DNA of 56,987 bases, the filler included, from Sphacelaria rigidula (Eukaryota), in assembly GCA_964200075.2 (NCBI GenBank). It is 7 parts of 7 records of this genome, joined end to end, with 100 filler letters (N's around TTAATTAATTAA, not from the genome) between each part and the next. Parts side by side here need not be neighbours in the genome. Positions count along the whole stretch, not along the records: positions 8,157 to 16,212 come from CAXNAA020012472.1; positions 16,313 to 24,367 come from CAXNAA020012473.1; positions 24,468 to 32,522 come from CAXNAA020012474.1; 4 more parts are not named here. The stretch is one strand, 5' to 3'. The position numbers were made by a program, and so were the translations under genes. Numbering within the stretch: position 1 is the stretch's first letter; each line of letters begins with the position of its first letter. Of the stretch, positions 12,702-25,083 are shown in pieces. The notes below the pieces were generated by a model, which did not search any database, was not told the origin of the DNA, and saw nothing but the letters and a program-made list of their open reading frames with translations.

Positions 12702-14067
12702 ACGAAAAAAATCCATCGACAATTTGTAAAATCCCGTGTTGGAATTATTTTGGTCACGCTCCGGGGTTTGCAGACGAGAGACGCAGACGAAGCCGTATGC
12801 TTGGTAGCCCATCACGTATAGGTTGGAGTGTGGCTAATGATCAAGGCTGTACATGCATCCTGTAAGGATAGGTAGTGGGTACTGCTGCGGTTCAAGTGGT
12901 GGTGCGTTATGCTTGCCTCGTCTTGGTACGTGCTGCCGTTCTGAAGGTAAATACTAATAGTAACGATGATAGACCTATCTTGTTCGATGGCGGGGGGTAG
13001 GGGGTAGGTACGGTAGGCCTTGGGCGATGCTGCGTCGCTCCCTATGTTTGTGCCTAGTTGACATACGGTAGTAGCAATATCATTATGTTCTCTGTTGACA
13101 GTTGGTTTGTCGTGTGTACTAGGCGTGCGAATCGGCTTCCATCGCCATCAAACAGTGTTTTCGTGAGATCGAGAGTAGAGCGCTGATTGAGAGTGGATTT
13201 TATCATCCGCCTTCACTTGATCAATTTTTCATTCCGTGTGTGCTTTTTTTTTGCCTGGATCACTGGCGTGTGCTTACAGCTACACGTCGATATCCTACTC
13301 GGGGATATCAATGGCTTCAGTGGCAAGCTCGTCCAGAAATCATATCGAGCCTTGTGGAAGGGCATTTCGGAACTGAAATGATTCATTCCCTAACTGACCG
13401 CTTCTCAATCTCAATCGTGTTCTCTTCTCTCAATCTCACGAAAACATTGTAATCAGCGACAGATGAAAACAAGAAAATGACAGTTTCTGAGAGGTCAACG
13501 TCCGGGCTATCACTGATACTGTATATTCACGAGTATACACAACGTACGTATTAAAAAACATTAGTGAGAGCAAGACATGGAAGTCGACTTGAGCGTTGTC
13601 CCCTCCGACGAAGCCATCTTGTATTCGATATCCACTCTTTCTCGAACCTGTTCAACGGCGGCTCATGATTTTTTTTTCATGTCGAAGAAAACGGAGGAAA
13701 AAATACATACGCACAACAGCAACGTTGCTGTGTGCGTGTCAGAAGAGACGACAAATGAGGTCATGTATGCAGATCATATTGCACTACGAGTCGATCGTAT
13801 TGAGAAGCAGCACGCGAACAGAAAATATGTGTTCATATGACAAGCTTAAGTAAGTGCTGGAGGGCTCCCTCGAGCGAGCGGTCCTGTTGTTGTTACAATC
13901 ATTGATAATGGAAGAGGTGTGTGCCCGTTAGGCGTTTACTTCTTATGCTAGCACGGTTTTACAAAATAGCGACCCAACATTATATTTAAAATAAACGAAT
14001 TCGGGACTGCCTGCCGTACGTCTTCCAGCTGTTCGGGGCAGATTCTTCTTTCTACTACGTAAGTAGG

Positions 14068-14074
14068 AAAAAAA
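14068..14074 (-). terminator. Pol III oligo-T terminator of tRNA-His
   Basis: T7 run 3 nt downstream of the tRNA on the minus strand. Confidence 0.8.
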
Positions 14075-14077
14075 CTA

Positions 14078-14149
14078 TGTCCAATCCGAGAATCGAACTC
14101 GGGTTTCCACAGCCACAATGTGGTGTACTGACCACTATACTAATTAGAC
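14078..14149 (-). tRNA. trnH-GUG: tRNA-His (GUG)
   Basis: Complete cloverleaf: acceptor GTCTAAT/ATTGGAC + A73, anticodon arm CCACA-TT-GTG-GC-TGTGG, T arm CCGAG-TTCGATT-CTCGG. No encoded G-1 or CCA, as expected for a eukaryotic nuclear gene. Confidence 0.96.
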
Positions 14150-14447
14150 ACCTATTACCTTGTGCATATTATACACTACTAAATAAAATACATACTATGC
14201 TGTTCAATTTGTGTTTCAAGCAGCCGGCGATTCCACCATGTACGATAGCTTTGATGGGATGATGAAGTTCCCACAACAATATTGTTCCGAAAGGAGGCGT
14301 GGTAGCCAAGGAGATACATTACTAGGTGCAGTATAGAAAGAAAACCTCACCTGGGATACCCGTCTGCCGAAAATACTGGGTGTGTACTCCAGAATACCTA
14401 CTCGTATCTAGAAAGTCGTCTACCGAGATTGTTGAGCACCCCACGTA

Positions 14448-15470
14448 TAGTAGTGGGCACGGTCTAACTATTTAGGGGTGTTTTGGGGTTCTTCTTGCGT
14501 ACTAATCTTCGATCAAACTCGAAATTGCTAGCGTCGGTAGATTTTGGCACAATAAACAGACCCTCCTCGAAACATAGTGCCCAAGTCAGTGTTAGTTGGT
14601 GTTATCGGGCGATACAAGTAATTACCCCGTTTCTCAAGAGGGTGCTATTACCGTGAAACACAGTTTTTCGGCTCTTCTAGTGGAATGAGTAGGTGAAATT
14701 TCACAAAAAAGAACTGTACATTTCTTCACAAATAACACTATACTCGTGAGGTTTAGAGTGTAATATCGGATTAAGAGTGAGACCCGAAACAATCGACTTT
14801 CCCGTCGATTTCGACATCGCCACAATTCGAGGAGTAATGCGCCCAGCTGGTGGTGAAGCGGTGGGTTCAATGAAAGCTGTCACCTACACGATCAGTTTGA
14901 CACATCACTTGATCGCAACGACGTAGTCAGTCCATTGCAACAAAAGATCCCCTCTTTCAGGAAAAACTGATTAGTGCCTGAAACAGTTTCAGTTCCGAAA
15001 TGCCCCCCCCAGGCGTGAAAGTGCTTTGTGCGGCATCTCACCAACCAGACCGCCGAACTCCTCGAATGGGGTACTGTACGGTAGCTGCATGCACAGGATG
15101 TGTGCTCAAGCAAAAAAAAAGAAGCTGCCTGTAAGGAACGCTGAAGCATCCACTCTGAATCCGATATTACGCTCTGAATCTCACGAATAATATGGTGTTA
15201 AATGTGATCGGGACAGGCTCGATCGGTCAAAAATACTAAAGAGTTAGAGTCTAGGCTGAAACGTGTTAGGACCCCCGACGAGCGGTCAGCCCGTAAGTCA
15301 CTCAATATATTGGGAACATACTATTTTTTTTCTTGGGATATGGAGTAGATACACATATTTTCAGATCCTCAATGTGATAGGCGGCGGCAAGCGAAAGAGC
15401 CCAAGAAAATAGCCAATTACGAAAAAATCACACAGTGCCACAAAATGAATAGTTAGACCGCCCGCTACTG
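14448..15470. mobile_element. Non-autonomous Tc1/mariner(pogo)-type element, about 1 kb
   Basis: TA-flanked TIRs (T/C)AGTAG.GGGC..GGTCTAACTATT. An internally deleted second copy lies at 53330-53877. Confidence 0.8.
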
Positions 15471-15727
15471 TAGAAAGTATCGACACCCCAAAATCACCTG
15501 AACTGGGACTCTACTGTATCCTGGGCATCTTTGAATTGTTCCCGGTTGTTTTGGTTTGAACATTACTCGCCCAGCTCTCGCCGACCTCCGCGACGGGAGC
15601 GATTGTAGTAGTAGTGCTGAATTGACAAATTGAAGCCTACGTCACCTCGAGCAACACCGGGTGCAATGTTAGATGGGAGGATGATATAATATCGGGTCTT
15701 TGGGCAAAATGCCAGCCATCTACTACT

Positions 15728-15985
15728 TGTGACGAAAGTACGCCGTTACGTTGAGTGGGTAGTGATGATCAGGATAATGACTGAGGACACGAGAATTCTG
15801 AAGGATTCTGAAAGGATTTTGGATAATGACCATCGAAACGGGGATGATACTCTTTCTAACGGGTCTATGAGCCTGTGCCTGCACGGGCACTCCTGATGAT
15901 GAAATATTGTTAAGGCTGACAACTGAAACTGGGGCCAGTGCGACTGGGGAGTCCCTCAGCAGTCCTTCTTCTGGTTGGCGTCACA
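15728..15985 (+). mobile_element. Solo LTR-like sequence (258 bp)
   Basis: Starts TGTGACG and ends CGTCACA (perfect 7-bp inverted termini). Shares GGCCAGTGCGACTGG.GGAGTCCCTC with the gypsy LTR at 43743-44003. No clean TSD. Confidence 0.65.
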
Positions 15986-16322
15986 CAATATCGATGTTAG
16001 TGCTAGCACCTAACAACAGTGGATCCTAGAAAATAGGGTTCATACAAAATATGGGGTTGAAGTGGCATTTATTTTTTGCACGGAAGACGCGAAACACTTG
16101 CGACCGAGCGAAACCATCTTCCCCCTCAAATGTCCGCAGTAGTTCAGCAGCTGTGGCTAGGTGCACCTCACGAATGCGGTGTGCACGCGTGTCGATGACG
16201 ATATCACCAGAGNNNNNNNNNNNNNNNNNNNNNNNNNNNNNNNNNNNNNNNNNNNNTTAATTAATTAANNNNNNNNNNNNNNNNNNNNNNNNNNNNNNNN
16301 NNNNNNNNNNNNGGGGGGGGGG

Positions 16323-16487
16323 CGTACTCATTTGTTGCTTGCCTTAGTCATTTGACCATTGACCACGCATCCCTTTCGAGACGGAGCACTGGGAGGAGGA
16401 GGGGGGGGGGGAAAGGGGGCGTACCCGTTCGTTGCGTTCCTTAGTCGTTTAACCATTGACCACACATCCCTTTCGAGACGGAACGCC
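16323..16487 (-). mobile_element. Two tandem ~70-nt 3'-terminal units of the LINE family, each flanked by G runs
   Basis: Reverse complement of GTGCTCCGTCTCGAAAGGG..GGTCAATGGTCAAA.GACTAAGGCAAGCAACAAATGAGTACGC, the same 3' end as the LINE at 38593-39512. Confidence 0.85.
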
Positions 16488-17238
16488 TTCGGGGAGGGGG
16501 GGGAAGGCTCGAACTCTAGCAGAGCCCGACGAAAAATATAATAATTTGTCGAGGAGATGATTTCAGTGCTCGTCAGATCAACTTGGTGATATACTCACTT
16601 GGAATAAGTACGAACCTGCGGTCGGAGCGAATAAATTCGCTCACTGTTGCCATTTTAAATGTTTATGTCGTGGTTGAAGTGTACACTCAATATCATTTCA
16701 TGAATTGTTCCGAAATAATCAACGCCTTACCGCGTTACACGACAACGATCTTTAGTGTTATTGTATTGTTCTTGCTTATCTCTTCGTCTTGTGTTGTTCT
16801 ACTCGAGTGTCCTTTGTCGCGAGTGCTTTCGTCTGTGTCGATACCTTGGTTACTCACATTTTTGGAGGCCATGACCGGGTTCATAAAGGGTAAATTGATG
16901 TGAGACAACCGATCATAGCCAATCAAGCAACAAAGGGTAAAGAGCTTAAATTATGACACAGAGACCGTCGGCTGCGGATGGACTGTGTATGTACTTGCAC
17001 CCAATACCTATTCCCCGAGAACCCAAATCTAGCATGTCCCCCCGCGACCCAAGCGACGTTGTGTGTATGTCAATAAAACCTCTGCTAGTTCCAATATGCT
17101 TTCAACCCGTGTGAGACGTTGTTCGCGTAAAAATTTAGACGACAAAACGTGATGCAGTGATGACAGTAGTATGCTTGGAAATGCCCACATACACAAAAGA
17201 GACAGGAATCGAAACCTCGGCTTTACAGCACCTAGAGA

Positions 17239-17611
17239 GCCGGTCGCCCCGGTAGCTCAGTCGGTAACCTTGAAACCTCCTGACGGTTGGATCGTGAGAT
17301 CGAATCTCGGTGCAGTCACACGATCTGGTATTTTATGCCGCACCATGCCCAACAGTGGAGAGCGACTATGTCGTGGGTACACAAAAGTCGACTTCACGGT
17401 CGACGAGGGAAAGAGGGTGCTGAACCCCTCTAGCGATTACAAAAAAGGCAAGCACCGTAGAATGAAGTTGGAGTACTGAAACAAAAGAAAAAAGAAAAAA
17501 ATCCTGTGTTGTCCTCACTCCTGTGTGACCCCGGCTGATACGCCCACTTGTACCGAAAGGTGTAGACCGGCGTCCGGAATAAATGGGACGATAACACACG
17601 TAGCAACCCAC
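17239..17611 (+). mobile_element. tRNA-derived SINE, family A (copies also at 26325-26683 minus and 32414-32522 plus, truncated)
   Basis: Head GCCCCGGTAGCTCAGTCGGTA (A box) followed by a B-box-like motif (GATCGAATC here, GGTTCAATTC in copy 3). A shared ~300-nt body ends near AATAAATGGG..ACACACG. Found in three independent contigs. Confidence 0.8.
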
Positions 17612-17749
17612 ACAAGACGCGGCGCAAAACATCATGCAGGGGAAAAGCACCGGACTCTCTCGACGTGTATTGCATTTGTAGAGTTAGGTTGCACAACTTC
17701 ATGAGGCACGCCCGTCTCTGTCCCTTGAACCACGTCATAATACTCGCAG

Positions 17750-20700
17750 GAGCCGTCGGCCACGCCTCGGCTACTCCGGCTGCTGCAAGGATGGATACGT
17801 GATCAGGTAAGGGGCAGGGGAGGAGGGGCGGGTGGCGCGAATGCAGCAGGCACGGAAGATTGGACAGCGCTGGGAGCTGAGGGCAAGCATTTCCTCGGTC
17901 AGTCCTTGACTATTTTTTCCATGTGGCGTTTTTAACTTTTTTGCCCTTTGAGTCTTCCGGTGTGGCGCAACCTCGTACGAAGTACATTACATTGTTTTTC
18001 AAACGCACTGTGCTGCGTTTTTTCATGAAATACCGGCGCTTTTGCGAGGGTTAGTTCCATTTTCCGCGCGTTTTGAAAACCTGACAGAGTTTTGTCAGTA
18101 TTTGATCCAATTCACCCACCACGATGACGGGAGGGGCAAGGCTATGTTTTTTTTTTTTTTCTGTTGCAAAAGCTGGCTTTTTTACGCATTTCAGTTTTTT
18201 CGCGCATTTTTTATCCATGTCAGTTCCGTCCGTAGTCAACCCTATCACGAACCTCAGTCGCGACGTTCCACTTCCTCATCTCGATATCCTTAGCCTTTGA
18301 TTGATTTCGATTGATAGTCGCCCTTTAACTGACCCCCCAGGAGTCATGATCCAGCCGTGGTCTCATGATAGACGTACCCAACAAAAACGGAAACTGAAAA
18401 ACCTGTGCGGTATATTTAATTGATTGATTGATTATCTCACATTAGCTGACTGCAACAATCCAGCACATGGTCAGGAGCAGCAAAAAAGAGATCGAAATAA
18501 GAAAGAAAAAAGGAAAGAAACAGACGAAGACAGAAGCAACAACAACAAGATGATTATCTCGCATTAAGTTTCTGATTGCAACACTTCAGCTCGTGATCAA
18601 AATGAATACAAATACGCATATATATTGTACCCATGCCTTTGCTTTTTCAGCGTCTTTGTCTCGACTTTACATATTCAGGTACCCCTGCATTTCAATCGGG
18701 GTACCCGCTGTATCGGAGGTGATTTTCCGTGCACCTCCCCAACCACTAGCGCACTACACTGTTCGTCATTTCCCATGCTGTATAGTTGAGGGTGCGGTAC
18801 ATGTGACTGCAACGTGGAGCGGCTCAGTGTAATAAAATACCCGAAGTAAACGGCACGTGATGCGGGTATTAAACGGTATACCCGTTTCGTTGTCAGAGAT
18901 TTTTTTGCTGCAGTTTGTATCATCCCTCTTCGATGAGTAGGGGTACCGATGCCTCAAAGTGACGGTACCCACACACCTATCATATCGGCGGCACATTTTA
19001 CCCCACCCCCGATCCGCTGCCTCGTACCCATGCGTTCAAACGGGGATACTCCTGCGTATTGATCGGCAGCATCTTGGGAGGCCTCCGAGAGAGAGCTTTT
19101 GGCGTCCCGCACTCTTTGGAGGGCGCACCTTGATCTGCTATCCAACATGGATGAATTGGAGTCATGCGTCACGCCCCTTAGGCTAGCTCAGGAAGGGGAG
19201 AGGTTGGATCTGCTGACTGAGGAGCAACGAAGGCAAGATGAACACAAAATCAAAGCTGCTGTGTTCTATTTTTTTCTCGGTGATCGTGTGGTTCGTTCCG
19301 CATGATTCGAGTGTAAATGTTATTGTGCATGGTTGGAATATGTGAATGTATAGGATGTATCACTCTAGACTAGCGAAAGACTTGAAAAAAAACAAAAACA
19401 AAAAAAACGCTTTTTCATGGTCTCTTGGTGCCTTCGGTGCTTTTGTGGGTGTAATCGTATTTTTCCGCAATAAATCCTCTGAATATATGGGTTATCAAAT
19501 CAAAGTTCTAGGTTGCTGGTTCAAGTGTTTTTTCGTTTTTCGTTTTTTTTTTCCTTCCAGGGGTAAAGATGAAGCGAGATGGAGGAGACAGGCAAGATGA
19601 AGAAAATATATTTGCACTGCTGATCGTCGTCATCGTCGTCGCTGTTGTTATTCCAGCTGCTGCTGCTGCTGCTGCTGCTGCTTATGTTGCTGCCGCTGTT
19701 GTTAGTGGCGGGATTGATCGTGGAAGTAGCTGTGGTTGTGGTTGTTGCTGTTGAACTGTCTTCTCTTAATGCTGGACTGCTCTTCCCATTTTGTGTGTGT
19801 GTGTCGAAAGCGCAGAATGGTGTTATCTGAGGGCGTGCTGGGTCTGAGGCGGAGGGAGTACGAGTTAGAGAGACAAGCCGCGACTCATGCGCTTGAGGCC
19901 AGTCGGGGACAGCTGGCCTACTTATCGACGCTGGTCAGCGAGAGGTACATCCTGCAATTTATGCATAATCACACCCAATGTCGTCATGCTCCAATGGTCG
20001 ATCGAGTTCATGAACGCTTCAAGTGTTTTAGGCGGACTTTGTGTGTTTCGATCCTAACAATAGATGTTATTTTTCCCCGTACTTTTTATCGTCTAAATTC
20101 TCAATGACACCGGTGGGCAAGTAGCCGAAAGCGTTCGATTTGAACAAAAAAAAAGGAAAGTCGACGGCTGTGGAGAGTGGCCAATTATTACCTCGTGCTT
20201 GACAGGTAACAAGGGTGCAAGGAAAAGTTCTCGAGTTCCCTCTAGCGAGTGTTTCTGTTTTGTTCAGCTTGGACACGCCTACCTAGTAACCACGGCTGGA
20301 GTATGACTCCCAGGGTGTCAGTCAATATGCGACAATCAATCGATCAATCGAACCAAGTAGCGGCGGAGATATCGGTTGATCTCTTCGTACTGCGGGTTCG
20401 TTCCGCGAGAATGCCCACGCGGGGGAGGGGGGGTGAAAGTATGAGAAGCCAAGGACAAACCTGCAGCCTCGCATCGATAAAAAAAGACGGAAACCTGACG
20501 GCTACGAGTGTGACGTATTATTATAGTGCCCATGTTCATCGTACTCTCATGACCTCGTTCCGTCGCTTTGTATTGAGCATTTCGAGTCGGATTGTTTTTC
20601 GTCGGGCGAATGTCATCCTGTGGTGGTACGAAGAGTAAGTAGCTCTGTGTGCGACAGCTTACGTGCGTGGACGTCTTCGACTTATCGACTCGCGCGCTTT

Positions 20701-23270
20701 CATTTTTTCTTGCCTTTTGAGATGTTGCTTTATATGAATTAAAGTATGCAACACCACAAACATGTTCGATACACAGAAGAAAAAGAAACTCATAGTGACG
20801 TCATCGATCGTCGGAGACGTACTGCATTTCGTAAATATCACCACGTGTAATTTGTTGTGATTTTCTTCTTGATATTTTTTTTTCTGTCCAGGCTCGCAAC
20901 GTCCTCTGGGGTGAAGGACTGCGCCGTATGCCAGGAAGACCTGGTCGAGGAGGTGGCAGTCGTCGCATGCGGGCATGCCTTTCATCCAGAGTGAGACTTT
21001 GGGGTATCACTGTGAGACCGTTGATAACTGGGATGCAGTATAAATGCACTATGAAGGGGCGGCTTTTCAACCTTCTGGCTCGAGTTGGATCGCATGTTCT
21101 TCATGTAGAAATATGACGCATTCCATCCGTGTTATTATTCACCCTTTTACAACCGATGATGGAGAAATTATGATTTATAATTGACGTTTTCGCGGGCAAG
21201 ATATGGCTGTTCATGCTGCAACGGTGGATGATGCAGCCCCCAGCATAACGGTGCACCACTCTACGTTCAAGGATACTGATGTGACAGATTCGTGCACCGA
21301 ACTCGGAAGCTCGCACATGGAAGTTTTGTACTATTTTTTGCGAGTTCCAAAAGGGTTAATCTACCTCTTTTTCCTTGTCCCGCTGTACGCAGGTGCATCG
21401 AGTTTCTGCTGAAAGCCGGAAATGGGAGTCGCTTCAGGTATGTATGTACGAGGATGTGGGGACGCGCCTGGATGGTCGTTGGTACTCTCAAAGATCACCC
21501 CGTTTGTTCGCAAGCCGCCTCACACGGACTGAGGCTTCTGTTCTAATGGCTGCGCTCATTTTCCCACTGTCACCGTTTCGTTCTATGCCGCACCTTGAAC
21601 AGGTATCGAATAATTGCGGTGAATTGCCCTATGAAAAAATCTATACGAAGTATATACCATGCAAGTGGTTTGCAGTTACGTTTCACGTTTGGCGAGATTT
21701 GGCTGCGTAAGTATATTTTGAACTCGAAAACTCCTCTTTTTCTTTTTTTTCCCTGGTGGTCTTGGTTACTGCCCAACGCCTTGTGTGACATTTCCAGGTG
21801 TCCCACCTGCCGCCGATCCTCCCTCGCGTCGGAGGTGTCGATCGCCTCGACCCTCGACCAATCAGACGGCAGCGCGTCGGGGTGAGTGGTATTCGGTCGA
21901 CGAATCGTAGTAAATACTTGACCATTCGGGAACCGGACCTGCCTTGCTAGCGCCCAACGAGTGTGCTGGGTGGTCGTTTGCAAATGATGGCAACTATCGC
22001 ACAAGATCGACAGATGTACCTTTGACACGATTTACGCCACGCCTTGCTGACACTCAACTGCGCTTCGGTGACGCTGCAAGCTTTGCAGAGGGTTGGGTTG
22101 CGGGGAAAGCAGTTGAGTTCAGTGTGAAATATGGTCAGCAAGATCCACACCATCCTCACCCGAGATTCTGGGTGGTACCGAACCGCAGAGCATTATCCGC
22201 TTATGGAGATTGTTTGCATATGACGATGGATGGGACCTGGCCTACTGTCGCTACCGATCACCGCACCACCTCTACGGCTGCAGTGTAGCCGGTACCACCC
22301 ATGTGTGTCATAGCAACAGCAGCAACGACTAGTGATCCTGTTGTGCACGGAATATCTTGTAGCCTTTCGATGGCGTTCTTGGTTCATGCCGGAATAAATT
22401 ATGGTTCGGAACATGTTGTTGTTGGTATGAAGCACTTGACACCCCCACGATGCAGCAAGCGTGTGTAGCAATGGTTGTAATTGACGGTTCGGACGAATCA
22501 TCACCGGTTCAAATCACCAAATCCACGATTTTTCAGGCCTGGTTGCTCGAAAAAGAGGAAAAACGTCGACCGCTGGTCGAAAAGGTTTCGACTCAATTTT
22601 TGCGCCACTTTACGTGCCTGGACTGCGCGTACCTGGGTTGCAACGCTGGTAACAAAGCCTAAAGATTGATTCGCACGGTACGAATCAATCACACTAGAAT
22701 CAAGTAATTTCCGGACGAATCATCAATTCGTCCAACCCTTGAATTGTTTGGTGTACTACTCCTCCTCCTCCTCTTGCTAGTACTACTTGTATCTTACTCC
22801 ATTACTCGTGGCGCTACTCGTACCATTACTCCTACTGCTGTTCATTTGTTCCTCAATCGCTTACTTCTCCGATGGTCAGATCTTGACCCCTTCAGGCGCT
22901 AGAGCGCCGAACGCCCAAATTTTCTCAACGGGTACTGCTGTAGCTTGCCGGGCTCTGTGGGAAGCCACGAGTGTTTTTGCCGCTGTGCCCTTGCTCAGAA
23001 ACTGAACAAACATGAGCGACCACACTGGAAAATAACTGCAACGTCGATGTACCCTGAACAGTACGTTCACAGCTCTTGGTTCTTGAAGTATCGATTTGTG
23101 TCAGTATGCCTGTGTTTGTTGTACGATTTTGACATTCCGTGGACAGCAAATGGGCATAGATTGGTTCCTGAGAGTGTGTGCTTGCGTTCCTGTTTTCTTG
23201 ACAGGTTACCCGTGAAGGGTAGCTGGGGCACCAAGATCACGGCTCTCGTCGGTGACATCCTTGCGCTTGG
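17750..23270 (+). CDS. SHPRH: SHPRH-like SNF2 helicase/RING E3 ligase, internal exons 17750-17897, 19070-19232, 19816-19944, 20892-20990, 21393-21437, 21798-21881, 23205-23270
   Basis: The phase-compatible exons read EGKHFLASWEASERELLASRTLW..MDELESCVTPLRL..RGQLAYLSTL..CAVCQEDLVEEVAVVACGHAFHPECI..RCPTCR..LPVKGSWGTKITALV. This is collinear with the SHPRH pre-RING helices, the RING, and the PVKGS.STK start of the C-terminal helicase lobe. Confidence 0.85.
18298..18488 (-). mobile_element. Two adjacent (AATC)n-tailed retroposon 3' ends (two families)
   Basis: 18298-18365 resembles 20290-20350(+) and 49180-49237(+). 18419-18488 resembles 37715-37778(-) and 53878-53950(-). All end in AATC repeats in sense orientation. 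Confidence 0.65.
21142..21355. mobile_element. Possible piggyBac-type MITE
   Basis: CCCTTTT.. / ..AAAAGGG termini flanked by TTCA and TTAA. Confidence 0.4.
22484..22740. mobile_element. ~255-bp MITE; inverted copy at 42901-43150
   Basis: Two diverged copies in different contigs. TIR-like ends ACGGTTCGGACGAAT / ATTCGTCCAACCCT. Confidence 0.7.
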
Positions 23271-25083
23271 GTGAGTCTTTTCCCCTGCTGAGGTCATATA
23301 GTGTATTCTTCCCGCGTTTTTTGCTGTAGTTCGTATGTTCGTTTTCCGTTAAATTTTTCATGTCTGGCTTCACGCTTTATGGTTCCACCGACTTGTTCAT
23401 TTCAACGTGATTTATTCTTTTCGTTGTTATCTCGACTACCGCCGAGGCGTTTTGCGAAGTCACGTTCTCCGCAGCATGACACCTGGCAATGGTCCTTCGT
23501 GGTGTACACACTTTTCTGAGGATAATGCACAATGAACGTCTTTTCCCCCGAAACGTGCGTTTGGAATGACTCCCGCTTTCCCGACGATCAGCGCTGTGCA
23601 ATTACGAAGTTGTCGGCACGAATGTGAGAACTCGACCAATAGCATGCATCCCACAGAATGATTGGGACTTGAAGACCTTCTTCCGTCTGTCGGGTTGTTG
23701 GGGGTGGGATGGGTTGGGTTGGGGATGGGATTTCTCAGGGACGACAAGTTATATAGCACCCTCAATCTGTAGGGCTGGTATGCGCGACGAGCCTTTGTCT
23801 GCTTCTGTCCGCACGACACGTGGCAGTTTCACTTTCTGCACCTCGTCTTGGCTTGGAATATGGCACCTGGTGTTGGGCACCTGGCACTGGATACTGACTG
23901 TCAATGTAGACACGTACGTTGTATGTTCCTACGCTTATATTCGTTCTGCTGCCGAAGGGGGGTACTCTTCGGTCCTGACTGCTGAAGGTTGCTGCCATAG
24001 TTCTGCATCTGGCGATTGTCCCTAATGATGCCAGCTGTACCATTTTAATTTAGACCATCAGGGCGCTGGCAGCGGCATGTATATGCGAGCGCATATTATG
24101 CGCATGTGTTTCATGTCTTTCACACAGTATATCTGTTCTACTTTCTCACGTATTTGTTCGGTAATAACATTACTGCCCTCAGTATTGCCGTCACTCGGGT
24201 GTTTCCTACCTGATATCTGCAAGCCATGTTTTTGGCTTCTCAAAGAAGGCAGACACTTTCCACGATACCCCCCCCCAAACCAGCAAAAAAAACAAAAAAA
24301 CAACAAAAAAAAGAAAAAGCAACAATAAGAAGAAGAAAAAGAAAAACAGAACGAAAAAGAAGCAAGANNNNNNNNNNNNNNNNNNNNNNNNNNNNNNNNN
24401 NNNNNNNNNNNTTAATTAATTAANNNNNNNNNNNNNNNNNNNNNNNNNNNNNNNNNNNNNNNNNNNNGGTGCGCCCCCGGGCACGGGCGCGGGCGGGGCG
24501 GGGGGGTGGCGGGCGGCGCGGGGCGGGGGGGGGGGGGGGGCTTAGCGTGAGCTTCATTATATATAGGGAGAACAGGCAAAAACTTGCAGATGATCAGGGA
24601 ACGTTTCTCGCTACAATAGTCTGCGACGGTAACTAAAAGATAACATTCACAACTTTCGAATATGTGTACTATATATACACGTACAGACGTGTATGTCAGT
24701 CGACTGGTTGAACGTGCATCGCGTAGCTTGAGTGGGCGACTCGTCAGTCGTAGAAAATGCTCGATTGCTTCTCCGATGGCCAGAGTTCTTCATTTTCCAT
24801 ACACTACGGTACTCAAGTCGTGCCAATAATACACAAAAAACTACCACAGAGTACAGACTGGACCGCAAACGAGTGCAACGTGCTGAGGATAATCTTGGGG
24901 CTAATCTTGTCGAGGGCGCGTTTCCGCAGACATAAGGCACGTACGTATGACGTTTTTTCGTCTGTGTGGCTGGTGTGTGATATTTGGTGCTGACCGTCGC
25001 GCTCCGGTGGCGAAAGTCGTTCGCCATCGGCCAGCTTGGGCGCATGAGAGGATTCGAATCCCAGAGGCAATGGTGAATTTTAC

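Noticed and set aside
15893-15942. CTGATGA...GAAA hammerhead-like motif in the solo LTR
   Set aside because: Seven extra nt separate CTGATGA from the stem, the cleavage triplet would be GUG, and no stem I is evident.
17239-17320. SINE head as a functional tRNA gene
   Set aside because: No complete cloverleaf or acceptor stem, and it continues into a shared 300-nt repeat body in three diverged copies.
24990-25070. tRNA-like GGATTCGAATCCC motif
   Set aside because: B-box-like only, with no convincing cloverleaf and no second copy in the window.
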